In this document: positions 1 to 12,620 of the stretch, in pieces
Layout of the letters: each line of letters opens with the position of its first letter
Numbering within the stretch: the first letter of the stretch is position 1
From: Lama glama
Taxonomy: Eukaryota
Length of the DNA stretch: 64,000 nucleotides
Assembly: GCA_028534125.1 (NCBI GenBank)
Contig: CM052817.1
Location: 69,938,001-70,002,000 of the forward strand
Reading direction: 5' to 3'
Translations under genes and position numbers: made by a program
The notes under the pieces: model-generated
What the model was told of the DNA's origin: nothing
What the model saw: the letters and a program-made list of their open reading frames with translations, nothing else
Databases searched by the model: none

Positions 1-899
1 AAATACTGTCATTATTCTTTCTTTTCTGAAGAAAACAAATCAGAGCTCTGAAAAGGTGCCAAATATTCAGGCATTATATTTTACATTACACACAGTTAAA
101 AAAGTATATATATATAGTGACAACACTATAATTAGAGTATGTTTGGCCTTGCATTAGACACAACCTGTAAATTAGAATGAAAAATTACTATCTACCAAAG
201 AATCATCTAGGCAACCTCCTAATCTACCATCATAGGTTCACCTCTAATCACACCTAATTCCTCACCTTCTTTTTGTGGCAACATTTTCTTATGTTTCTAC
301 CTTCGCATATGCTGCTTCCTCTGCCTAGAATTCTCTTGTCTTCACAAATGGACTCATTTCATCAAGTTACTAAGTTTCTCTGTGTAACCTTCCTTTTCCA
401 ATTCTAGTCCAACAGGTTTTTGCATTTGCCAAATTCGAGCTCTTAATGGACTTTATTTGGATGTGACACTGCCTTCTCCGCCAGTAGTGATCTCCTTAGT
501 AATGTCACAAGCCTAACGGAGTGCTTAAAGTGCGTCTCCCATAGTTTTACAGAACTAGATACAAAAAAATGAGATCAAAGCAAAGGAATGGTGAACACAG
601 GATTCACTATGAAAGTTACTTCCAATAGGAGGGAACGGAATTTGGACGCTGATTTGTGTCCTTATTTTTATTATTTTCTTAGAAACAAAGTAAATAAATT
701 AATACCATTACATATTACTAAGTTACAGTAGCTAGAAATTATTCACAGGAGGGAGGAGATTGGCCTAGTTGGTGTCCTCTTCCATTACTTTGAAAAACGT
801 TCCTTTCCCAGGCTTTCCATTCCACAAAGATTGCTGTTTGGCCTTAAACTATCCACAGGTTCACTGTATTGATAGAAGTGTAAAGTTGAAATGAGACCC

Positions 900-1500
900 A
901 TGCGCTAAATGCCCCGCCCCGCCCCCGCCGCCGCGCCCCGCCCCGCCCCGCCGCCGCCGCGGAGACCGGGCCTGCGCCAGCCCATGAGGGCCTGGACGCC
1001 GCGCTCCGTCGTTCGAACGTCGTCCCTGCGGCCTCCGCCAATGGGGAAGGCGGGCCGCAAGTCTCCGCCCCGCCGTCGAGGACGTCACGGCGACGCCGCG
1101 ACCGCGCGAGGCGGCAGGGCAGCCAGGGCCTCCGCCCCCAGAGGTCGGTTTGCAGCTCTTGCGCGCTGTTGCCTTCTCCGCCAGGTTTAGTCCCTCTTGT
1201 CGCCATCGCCCCGTGCACCATGGCTTTCGTAACCAGGCAGTTCGTGCGCTCCCTGTCTTCCTCGTCCACCGCCGCGGCCTCGGCGAAGAAAATAATTATC
1301 AAGCACGTGACGGTCATCGGCGGCGGGCTGATGGGCGCCGGCATCGCCCAGGTGGGCCGCCGGGCGGGCAGCGCGCCTCGCTCGCTTTGCTGCCCACCCT
1401 GACATGAGAGCGCTGGAGGGCCGCGACCCGGTGAGGGGTGTCCCGCCGGGAGGCCAGCGTCCAGGGGAGGCCAGGGGAATTTCCACTCCGTCCCTCCCCC
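900..1500 (+). promoter_or_regulatory. HADH: CpG-island promoter of HADH (GC boxes, CCAAT box, CRE-like site)
   Basis: Abrupt switch from AT-rich to very GC/CpG-rich sequence at ~910. Repeated CCCCGCCCC GC boxes at 911-960, CCAAT at 1038-1042, GACGTCA at 1081-1087, no TATA box. Spans exon 1. Confidence 0.9.
1220..1351 (+). CDS. HADH: HADH coding exon 1 (mitochondrial presequence and Rossmann GxGxxG)
   Basis: Kozak gcaccATGG. Translates [44 protein letters not shown]. Donor CAG|gtgggc. 132 nt. Confidence 0.98.
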
Positions 1501-4500
1501 GTGTAGTTGAAATTTCTGGGCCTGTGAGTCTACACACCCCCAAAGATCTGGTGTTCTTGGGCCGAGCTTCAGTTTTCTGCGATTGGTTTTAACTGTATCA
1601 GTTTGCTGTTGTTTTTTATAGTTCTGCAGTTGTTCTCAGCAGTTTTCTACTGTCCTAAGTGGTCTCTCCCTTCTCCGAATGTTTCCTTTACTTGCAGGGT
1701 TACAAAGAATAGTATTGATGGTCGGCACTTTTGTAGCTTTTTGTAGAGTTATCTAATCGGAGCTCGTGAGGCCCTGAGACTCCACTAGCTGCAACGCGAG
1801 GCGTCTTTGACCTACTGCCCTCTGGCTCTGGGGGGAGTCGCTGATCTCATGGTGCGTCTTAAAGGCTCTGCCTGGTTGCAGTAGAGCAGTGATTCAGGGT
1901 CAGTTGTGCAGTTATTATCAAGCTACTGTGATAGTTGTATTTTTATTTATTTTTTTTGAGGTTACATTCCAGCTCGTATTGGGGAACCGTGATTGGCATA
2001 GCCTAGTTGATTATATTAGCATTTACTTGTTGGACAGGGGAGGCATTTATTTAATTTTTCTTAGGAGAGTACTCAAGTTCAGTGGCTACAGTCATGTAAG
2101 AGCTTAATTTTTTAGTATCTTTTCCCAGTCAACTCCATGCTTCTATGCTTGCTTTTTAGAAAAATGTTTTACTGTTATTATGTGTCTTAATTTTCCCCAC
2201 CCTGCAAGTTCTTTGCAACGTATTAGTTTGATTGCATTTTCTCCTAAAGTCTGTTTCATTACTGTTGTATCCTTCTGACTTCTGACAGTCTCCCATTTCT
2301 TCTCAGATCATGTTTGACACATATTGTTCTGTTTATTGTGTACATGTGCTGGCTGCTAGTTTATGGTGTCCCCGTAATCTTTATTATTCGTGAGATGGGC
2401 GGCGTAAGTCCCTTTAACATGAATGTTCCACGCACAGTACTCAAAAGAAGGTTTAGCTTGATTGTATTTTTATCTCCCTGCTCCACCCAAATCTGTGCTG
2501 TGAGAGTGAGTTTGTTGTGGGCAGGTATAAAATAGTGTATTTGTTTAAAAACATCTCAACATCATCTTAGTGACAAGATATTAAGCCCCCAGTAACAATA
2601 TAGGAAATGGGTTCAGAAACTATTGTTGATGGTGCCTTAAAGACATCAGTGGAAGAGGATTAGAAACTAAGTAGAAGGTATCACTTCACCTTTTGTACAA
2701 ATTCAGCTTGCTTAGTTCTTGGAATACTGTACCCAAAAAAGGGTGTTGTGCTATATGAAAAGGCACAGAGTTAGCACCTAGAATTATGGACTTGGTGTTG
2801 GAGCTTTCATCTGAGAAAGGAGGGAGGAGATTGACATTGATGGAAACTCAGACTTGTGGATCAACTCCCTGAGTAGCTGGACCAGGAAATGCCTTTTGAA
2901 ACCTAAGGAGTGAAAGAGTGCTATTTACCCCACAGCTTGGAATTATAATAGAACTATCATTTAAGAAGTTGATAAAGACCAGAAGTTTAAATAGTGGACA
3001 GTGGTAGGGAATGGTATTTCCGTCCTTACTTAATAAGGTTTAAAAGAGCCTCAACCCCTGTAACTGACAACTCTGATCCTGTGGAGGGGAACCATGCTTT
3101 CCTGCAGAGCATCTTTGTGTGCCACTGTCGGCCAGTTGGTTTCAGGGGTTTAGCTGATCAGTTTTTGCACTCTGCCCTGCAGCATGCAGTTCTAGGCAGT
3201 ATTGCTTCATTCTTTATGCTTCTTGATTGTAGCTTCTGGCACAGAGTCAACGTGCTTGGCTTATTGAGTGCTGCAGACTAAATAGTTTGATGTGTTGTAG
3301 ATTGGATCCAGTTCATTCTGGGGAATTGGGATGGCCCGTATTGCTGGCTCTGTCTCACGTTGGTTTTGTTAACAAGGGAAGCTACTTCTGGCCTTCACTA
3401 ACCTCTGAGGTAGGACTAGTACTAGACTCCTAGGAGTGTGAGAGGATTGAATGAATTAGCACACGTCAAGCACTTAGCACAGTGTCTGGCATCTAGTCGG
3501 AGCTCAAGAATGTTAGCTCTCTCTGGGTTATTACCTCCATCAAAGTTAGCCTTGTCCTTTTGTCATTCTCCCCTCGTACTACGCACATCTCTGATCCTTG
3601 CTGCGGTGGTAGGCCTGAAATGTTTAGATGGAGAATAGTGGTTGTGATTCCGTTCAGTCTTCCTTAATCTTGAAAGCAGGTGCCAGTTGACACTGCAGTT
3701 TGTTCAGGGACCTCTGAAGAGGAAAGAGACTTTTTACCCTCCTCCCTTCATACGACTGATCCTCAGTAAAGCCTTAAAAACACAAGCACAAACTAGCATC
3801 TAAGTTATGCTACTAATTCATATTTAGCTTCACTTTCTTGAACTCTTTCTGTAGCAGTTTTAGTGTTAGTCAAGGTGTAGTTCTCTTTACAATTTTAGTA
3901 TTTTTAAAATTTATCATTTTTGCCATATGTTCCAGTTCATGCTGAGTAAGATGAAAAAAATTTTAAGTAGATTTTGTGGGAGCCTGACACATTTCTCAAG
4001 CAATTAGGCAATTTAAGACAAGTGAAGTCTGTGTTTAATTATACGTAGTTGATCAGATCACAGGCCATTTGTACATTTGTATTCTACAAGAGTATCTACT
4101 TTGCCTGTCATTTCTTTTGTTTGTTTTAAATTTAAAAAAAAATCCCTTAGACTGCAGGTTAATATTTAAGTAAGGTTAACTTGTTTTGTGTGTTTGCCCA
4201 TTAGATACTTCTGACTTGGGTCTGATTACCAGTGTATCTTCAGCCAGATACTTAGGCCAGCAAAGAAGCTTCCAGCAGTAAATGACCCTTGAATGGGGGA
4301 CAGGTTGTTTTTTGCTTTGTAAAGGAGGAAAAAAAAAAGAAGAAGAAGAAGAGAGATATTAGCTGTGCATTTCAACTTGTGAGTCTAAGCTTTGCTTTCT
4401 GCACTGCTTTTTTTCATATGAGGAGCCCAGAGCTCATAGCTCTCATTAAGTTACTGGAGAGGAGCCAGTGGGATCCCTAGGAATGGCATGTCCGGCCTCT

Positions 4501-5539
4501 GGCAGAACCTTCCTTTTAGTGCACTGCACTTCTCTGAGGACGTGAGAGAGTTTGTATTTTGTAGGGGATTGGAGTTGGGTTCTTCTCACCCAAAGTTTTT
4601 TTTTTTTTTTTTTTTTGGTCCCCCTTCAAGAGCAAAATGTGTACTTTTTTCCTGAGAAGAGCACCTTAGGCTGATAAAACAAGGCAGGGAGTGGGCTGGG
4701 GGGTGGTGCACATTCTTAGCTACAAATGAACATTTCCCTGAGTGTTAACCCTGCAGTGCTTGATGAGGACTTAAGTAGACCGGAAAGCTTCTCTGGAGTC
4801 ACTGACTTTGTTGACCCATCTCTTCTTCCTGTCCCCAAGTCTGAATTTTCTGAAGCTGAGTAGAAGAGTGATCAGAGTTACTTTGTATTTTTTAGTTTTG
4901 TTCTTTTCTGTTGGTACAGCCAGTATGTCTCTGTTGAAGTTTGCTTGAAAGCAGTGCAGTGGCCTTGGAGAAGCTCCAGGATCACAGGAGCCTGGCACAG
5001 TCACCTAGCTCTAAGCGCTCCTTTTGACTGTTCTTTATGGAGGGGATAGTTTCATTCCCAGGTGTTAACTTTGTCCTCAAGGGTATGGGATGTGTGTTTG
5101 TCAGGAAGTCCTTCGCTTATTTCCTGTCCTATTGGGCTCTTCTCTGATGTATTGGGACAATAAAGTCAGCCTCTGTCAAGCATATTAGTCCTTGGGCTTG
5201 GGGTGTGGCTGGAGATACTGTAGAGAGGGTAAGGCTTACAGGCAAAAAAAGAATGCCATGGAATATTTGGATATTGTAGAGCAGAAATGGTACCTCCGTC
5301 AGGTTTTGGGTTTCCTCTGTCAAGTCCTATATCCATTTTACTGTTACCTGCCCCTTTCTTGAGTTTCTCATTTCCTTTCCTCCACCCCCTCCCCATATCT
5401 GCTTTAGGCACATACCGCAGGAAGACAATACTGGGACCACAGGAAGACAACGCTGCTGCTCTCTGTTCTGTGTCTCCCCAGGGTTATGCTAACAATGCTG
5501 TAGTTTCCAGTGAGTGGTGGTCTAGCGCTTGAAAAGTGA

Positions 5540-5750
5540 GCAGGCTGTGAGGTGCCTGCTGGAGTTTGGAGCCCAGCCCTTCCTATCCTGGCTATGGGAA
5601 CCTTGGGCGAGTCACTTAACCTCTCTGCTTCTTCTCTTATCAGGGAGCAATGATTCTCTTCTCAGTGTTCTTGGAGATAAATGAGCTAAGTGCGTAGAAC
5701 CATACTAGAACCGTGTTCAGTGGTAACTGTTCAACAAATGTTAGCTGCTT
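5540..5750 (+). mobile_element. MIR SINE
   Basis: Core accttgggcgagtcacttaacctctctg and tail aacaaatgttagctgct. Confidence 0.7.
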
Positions 5751-7975
5751 TTATGTAGACCCATCAGCTCTAATCCGGTCATAACTTCTCTTACTTTAGA
5801 TTCTCTTAACTGTCTTTGAAGATAAGACATGGAGCTATGGAGAGTTCAAACAATTCTGAAGATTTTAAGAGTAATTGTGTGTGTTGTTGAGAGAAATAAT
5901 CTTAGTGCTCTGTTTACTCGTATTTGGGTATTAGAGTGAGCTCATACTCATAAAGCATTTACAACAGAGCCTGACACTTAGAAAACACTACAGATGTGGC
6001 AATTTATTCTGTTCAAAGTGCTTTAATGTCTCTGTGACTTCATATGATCATTATAATAATCATCCCTGCAGAGATGGCACTTGGGGTCAAGGATCAGAGG
6101 CAGAGCTGGGCTGGAATTTGGATCTCTCGATTACTTTTCTGCTGGCTGGAGATCCCAGAGACTGAAAGAAGCACAGTTCTGCCTGCACATCTGGCATCTG
6201 CTGTCTTTGGGGAGAAATGTGGCCTCCATGGACAAGGGGATCTTTTACGGGTATCTGGAATCAACAGCTGTCAGCTTGACCTCTCCTCAGCTCTTGATTC
6301 AAAGTTAGAGTCACCTGCTGGTCATCTCCACCCTCTGCTACCGTCTTTCTGCCCATAATAGACTCAAACTCACCTGGCAAGACCTATGTGCCCCCTCTAG
6401 CTTTCCCAGAGAGTGTCCTCCTCTGTGAATGCCATTGTTCTTCCAGCCACTTCATGGACTCTGAAGATGGGGCGCTGCCACAGTGTCCTCCTACTGCAAA
6501 AGGTTCTGAGGCTTTCCTCTCTGAGGAGGGCTGTTTGCCCTGCTCATCCCTTTGTAATTTCTAGACGAGGCATTGATACCTGAATTGGTGTGGAAGCCTC
6601 TTAATTGGTTTATTTCAGCAAAATCTAATAGAAAAAACCCACTCATTCTAATGAACACAGCCATACTAATCTCCCTAAAGAGCAGTTTGAATTTGCAGCT
6701 CTTCCCTCTACTCAGAAAGTGTCCATCCTGGCAACATCTTTCAGAGATTTTTGAATATTACTAAGAGCTGGTTCATGCCACTGGCATGTCCAGTTAGCCC
6801 ATCGCTTTTCAAGAATTTGTGGGACATGTAAGTGGGGAGTCCAGGGTGAGAAGTTATTTTCTCTTCGTTACCAAACCCAGATGCTTATTGAGGTTTTTTT
6901 TTGTTTGTTTTGTTAATGATGTATTTAACAGAGTCACTTAAAAATGGAGACACATTTCCTTGGCTTTTTAGACATTTTTCAAAAAATATAAACGTCCGAG
7001 TTAAAAAAAGAGGCCAGCCAATGAACTTAACTGTTTTAAGAACAAACCAGTGAGTTTGGTGGTGGCAGTGGTGCTCATAAGTCTCAACAGATTGCCCTTT
7101 TCCTGATTGGTGAAGTTAAGACAACTTGTGTTGATGGCAGAGTTCAAAGCATTGCACAACCAGAGATAAACATAAACACAGGCTTGCCAATTCTGAGATG
7201 TGCAAGTGATTTATAACTTTTTCCCACCCTGCACCAAATAATGAGAACCCAAAGGCAGGCCATGATGCCAAGGCATAGCAGCCTTGCGGAGACCACTGAC
7301 TCCGTGTACTTACTCTAGGGCGAGCGCCTACTCTGGGGATTGGGAATAAGTCAGAATTCGAGTGTGGCAGAGGGTTCATACAACTTGCATTTTTTTTTAG
7401 AGAGAATGTGGTAGCGATGAAATGCAGCCCTTCTGTAGTGTAGGGGCACATGGGACACCTCACTGGACCAGCTGATACAATTCTTACAAATTCACCACTC
7501 AAGTTATGCTTCAGATCTGGTGATACGCTTGCAAAAATACACAAATCCAGCATGCCTTAGCTTGGCATGTTTCCTTGGCCCTGTGGCTGGAGTACTCGGT
7601 GGCTTTGATAAATGTGCTACTCACTCAGCCTATTTTTACAGCTCTGAAGCACCCTTGTCTAAAAATATTTCTCTCTTGCCAAGCCTGCTTTCCACCCAGG
7701 CTGGGGAAGTCATGGAGCTGAAGGCATAGCCTTCAAATAAATTTTTTCCATTGCAGACTGCTTGTTCTCAAGGTCTTACAGTGTGTAGGTCACTGTCATA
7801 AAACAAGAGTTCTCAGTGGGTTGATTCACATTACTGGCACCTGAGTTAAAGTGCCAGGAAGAGTCCCCTTGCTTACTGAAAAAAATAACATTTTGTGGGA
7901 GGAGGAAAACAGGCCTCTTTCTTTTTGTGATCCACGCTTCCACTACCATCTCCTTAGGAAGTTGGGAATAATTCA

Positions 7976-8021
7976 TTGCATAACTTGAGAAGAATTAGTT
8001 GCATAACTTGAGAAGACTTAG
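7976..8021. repeat. 23-bp tandem duplication
   Basis: ttgcataacttgagaagaattag / ttgcataacttgagaagacttag (1 mismatch). Confidence 0.9.
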
Positions 8022-8309
8022 TGTGATTGGTTTCCTTGCATCTAAGACTCATGAAATTCTTTTCTGAGTAAGAGCACTTAATAATGTAATTTTAAAAAGT
8101 CATACTAAGTGTGAATCATCAGTATCATTCTTATCAGTAAACAATACTGATAAGCTGGTATAAACCGTCCCCAAAACTTCTAGACTTAACGGTTGGAAGG
8201 TAGTGCTATGAATCAGTAGATTTCATGCCTTCACCAGGGGTCATTGTGATACAGGAACTTTAACAAAACAGCTCGAGCTAATTGTAGACCTGCTGGAACT
8301 AGCCCTCAC

Positions 8310-8730
8310 AGCGCCATTGTTATGAACCGTCATGTTCCTGTCTTCTGATGAACATACGTGCACATTTCTTTTAGATCACAAGATATGAATATATTCAACT
8401 TCAGTGGATAATGTCAAACATTTTTCCGAAGTGATTGTACAGTTTACATTTCTACCAGCAGGGTATGAGGGTATAATCCTGCTCTACAGGATTATATTGC
8501 TGTTTCTTTAAAGTTTAGTCATTTTAGTGGGGGTAGTGACTTTTCATTGTACTGTTACTAGAATTTCCCTGCTTGCTAATGAGGTGAGCCCCTTCTCATG
8601 TTTATTGGTCGTTTAGATATAGTCTTATGTAACATGCTGTTAGTTTCATTCCTGTTTTTCTGTTGTGTTGTCCTTTTTTTCCTAATTGATTTATGGGAAA
8701 TGTTTATAGATTCTGATTAATATCTTCTCC
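8310..8730 (-). mobile_element. Old LINE-1 fragment (ORF2 3' region)
   Basis: Degraded antisense L1 motifs such as tttacatttctaccagcagggtatgaggg and tctcatgtttattggtcgtttagatat. Confidence 0.6.
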
Positions 8731-8749
8731 AGTTCCCTGCATTGGCTTT

Positions 8750-11260
8750 TACTTTTCTCTGTGGCTGCCATGAGGCTTACATATAGCAACTTGTATTTAT
8801 AGCAAGTCTATTTTACTTTGATAACAACTCAAGTTTGAGCACATTCTGGAGTTTATTTTTCTTTTTACTGCCTTTGTACTTTAACCTTTCATACTAACTT
8901 TATAAGTAGTTAATCCACTACCTTTACTATTTACCTTTCCAATGAAATTTATTCTTTCATATATATTTTTGTTACTAATTAGAGCCCTTTCTTTTCAGCT
9001 TAAGGAAATTCCTTTAACATTTCTTGTAGGGCTGGTTTAATGGTGATAGACTCCTTCATTCTGAATGATAGCTTTGCCAGGTCGAGTATTCTTGGTTGGA
9101 GGTTTTTTCTTTCAGCACTTCGAATATATTGTGCCACTCCCTTCTGGCCTGCAGAGTTTCTGCTTAGAAATCTGCTGTTGGTCTTACTGGGGGTTACTTT
9201 GTAGGTAACAGGTGGTGGTTCTCTGGCTGCTTTTAAAATTTTTATTCTCATTTTTTAAAAACTGAAGTATAGTCAGTTTACAATGTTACGTCAGTTTTTT
9301 CTCATCATTTTTGACTTTTGACATTTTCATTGTAATGCTTTTTGGTGTGAGTCTCTTTGAGTTCTTCTCGTTTGAAACTCTCTGGGCGTCCTGGATCTGG
9401 ATGTCTGTTTCTTTCCCTAGGTTAGGAAGCTTTTTGCCATTATTTCTTCAAATAAGTCTGCCCCTTTCTCTGTTTCTTTTCCTTTGGACACCATAATGAG
9501 AATGTTAGTATATTTGATGTTGTACAGTAGGTCCCTTAAGCTATCTTCAGTTTTTTTCGTTCTTGTTTTGCAGCTCTGGTTGTCTGAGTTTTGCTGCCTT
9601 GTCTTCTAGTTGACTGAACTCTCTTCTGTTTCATCCAGTCTGCTGTTGAATCTCTAGAGTGTATTTTCAGTTTAGCTGTTGTATTCTTTAGCTCTTTGAC
9701 TTCTGTTTGGTACTTTCTTTTATTTTCCATCTCTTTCTTGAAATTCTCACTGTGTTTATTCATTCTTCTACCCAATTGGGTGAGCATCATTATGGCCATT
9801 ACTTTGAACTCTTTTATCAGGTGTATTACTTATCTCTGCTTTAAGGTTTTTTCCTAAGGTTTTATCTGGTTCTTTTATTTGGAACATAATCATTTGTTTC
9901 TTTGGTTTGCTTGACTCTCTGTACAGTAGATGAAACAACTGCCTCTCCCAGTCTTGAAGGAGTGGCTTCATGTTGGAGATGAACCTTGTCATTTAACCCT
10001 GCCTCAGCTCCTGATTGTCTCTCAAACCCCTGTACTTTTCCAAGCAACTGGTATATTTTCGATAGCTCTCAGTAGTTGAGGATGTGCCAAGACCTGTTAC
10101 TGTGCCAAAGGGGAGAGTCATCATCTAGATTCAGGATGACTGGAAGCCAGGCCCTCAGTCGTCAGCTTTTAAAAGTGTCCAAATATATATAGTCTTGTGG
10201 AACCACAAGCAGAAGCCTGTCTGGCCACCAGAGCCAGGTGATCTGGAGGTGTTCCCTGAGTGGCAGACACAGAAGTTGGGGCTTCAGATGAATGTATAAG
10301 TTCTTTTCTGGTAGCTGTTGAAGAACTCTTTCTATGTTGGTTACAGTCCTGTGGAACCTATGAACATAGGCCCCGCTGGGGGTCATTTCAAGCATACATC
10401 CCAAAAGTTGAAATGTAGTGAGGTCCCCTGGCAACAGTAGCAAAAATTGGGGCACCAGACAAGCGTATGAACTCCTTTCTGGGAGACACCAATTATTACA
10501 GTCCCATGGTGCCAGAAATGCAAGCTCACCTGGCTTCCAGAGCCAGGCAATCAAGAGGCACTCCCTAGGCAGCAGCCACAAAAATTGGCACACCAGAAAT
10601 GTGCAAAAGCCTCCCACCAGAAGACTCTGGTGCTCTGGAGCATGGCACAGGGAGAGTGCGGAGATGGTGCCCACCAGTTTCCATCCCTGGAAAGTGTTCC
10701 AACAGGCTTCTAGATGTGTGTGTTAAATTAGATACCGGCTCTTCAGGGCAACACTTCAGTATAAGCAGGTCGGCTTCCTTTACTTTAAGTCTGGCCTGAT
10801 CAGCTGCCTCTGCGTTGGGCCCTGGGGTATGTGAATCTCAGCACACAAGCCTTTTAAGAATAGCTTCTCAGATTGCTAGAGTCTGGTGAGGTGAAAGAGC
10901 CCTGTTGGTTTTCAAAGCCAGTTGTTTTGGGGGGTTATGTCAAGCATACATCCCCAAAGTTGGAATGTTCAGTGTGATTGCGAACCCTTTGCTCTTCAGG
11001 GAGAAGCTTCAGGTTCCAGGGTCCCTCCTGGGGGTGGGACGTTGCACCAGGGCTAGGGTTTATGATGAGACTGTGTCCTAGCCTCACCTACCACCTTGAT
11101 GTGATTTTCTTTTTTGCTTGTTGTGTAAAAACTTGTCACTCAGCCCATCTTTAGGTTTTTTAAAGAGGAAATTGTTCCACATGTAGCTGTAGACTCAGTG
11201 TGTCTGTGGGAGGAGGTGAATTCAGGATCTTCCTGTGGTGCATCGTGAACCGGAACTCCA
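8750..11260 (-). mobile_element. LINE-1 5' portion: 5'UTR and disrupted ORF1
   Basis: Minus-strand ORF fragments KILKAARE...LQPRIL..AKLSF...PALQEMLK (9000-9251) and coiled-coil pieces (9536-9992) resemble ORF1p. An L1-like 5' terminus (ggagttccggttcacgatg...gatcctgaattcacctcctccc) lies at ~11260. Confidence 0.85.
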
Positions 11261-11944
11261 GTGTAAGTGTTTTCACATTATGAGGGGAGGCCCTAAGCCA
11301 CCCAATGAAAAGAGCCCTGGACCTTCAGGAGACCTACTTTCATCTTGGCATTTCCACCAGATGTATTTGTTCAGTCAGCATTTCCTGAGGGCCCACCATA
11401 GCCAGGCTGGGTCTATTTATTCAGCAGACAAAGGTAAATGACATTTAGTCAGCAGCCTGGAGTAGGGGATGTGGCACTTAAACAAATGATCTTAATACAG
11501 TGTGGTGGATGCGGTGGTGAGGTCATGCAGGGGTATACAGGGGTGTGCCTGGGCCAAGAGGATCTTGGGGTGGGGATACCTAGCGTCTGGAAGCGATACT
11601 CAGTCTTGGTTACTGTGGTGAAGCTGGGGAGAAGGTGTGGAGGTTAGAGGCAGTAGCAGATGTGGAGAGCTACACGCCTTGTGGTTATTGGAGTAACAGG
11701 CAACAGTGAACAGTGTGTCTGGAGAGGAGATGGATCCCTTTCCTGGAGGACCCTGTTTGCCATGTGTAGGAATTTTTATTCTGTGTTCATGAGGAGCCGT
11801 TGAAAACTTTAATGGAGTTAGTAATATAGACAGAAGTATCTCTTACAGATTATATTTTGAATTGAACGCTTTAGTGCCTGTGTGTGATCTTAGGAATATT
11901 TTTTTTGCTTTAGTTTCTTTTCTCAGTAAATTAAGGTTTGTGTG

Positions 11945-12620
11945 TATGTGTGTGTGTGTGGTAAAAAGTACATAAAATAAAACTTATCACTTTAACCACT
12001 TAAAAATATACATTTCAGTGGCATTGAAGTACGTACCTGTTAAGTAAATAACTCCCCATCTCCCCTCCCCCCCAGCGCTTGGCAACCATTGCTCCACTTC
12101 CAGTCTCTGTGAATTTGCCTGCTCTAGAGACTGCATGTAGGTGGAATCGTACAATTATTTGTCCTTTTGTGACTGGCTTATTTCACCTAAACTCTTCAAG
12201 TTTCATGTATGTTGTCGCATGTGTCAGAATTTCCTTCCTTTTTAAAGAATAAAATTACATTGGAATATTTTTAGTGGAATCGTATTCCATTGCATGTCCA
12301 TACCACATTTAGTTTATCCATTCATCCTTTGATGGACACGTGGACTGCTTATACTGTTTGGTTTTTGGGAACAATGCTGCTATGAACATGGTCTACACAT
12401 ATGTTAGAGTCCTTGCTTTTAATTCTTTTGGGTATGTACCTAGAAGTGGAATTACTGGATAATATGGCAATTGTTTTCAATTTTTTGAGGAACTGCCACA
12501 CTGTATTCCACAGGGGCTGCACCATTTTACCCATCAGCAGTGTGCAACTGTTCCAGTTTTTCAATCCTTGCTGACACTTATGTTATTTTTTATAATAACC
12601 ATCCTAATGAATGTGAGTAG
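11945..12620 (-). mobile_element. LINE-1 3' end fragment (L1M-type)
   Basis: Antisense ORF2 C-terminal remnant (ORF 12349-12564, MVQPLWNTVWQFLKKL) plus a typical L1M 3'UTR. Confidence 0.85.

Noticed and set aside
844..1543. Several long overlapping ORFs around HADH exon 1 (e.g. 166 aa on the minus strand)
   Set aside because: Expected from stop-codon depletion in a CpG island. They are low-complexity Arg/Gly/Pro/Ala peptides with no recognisable domain.
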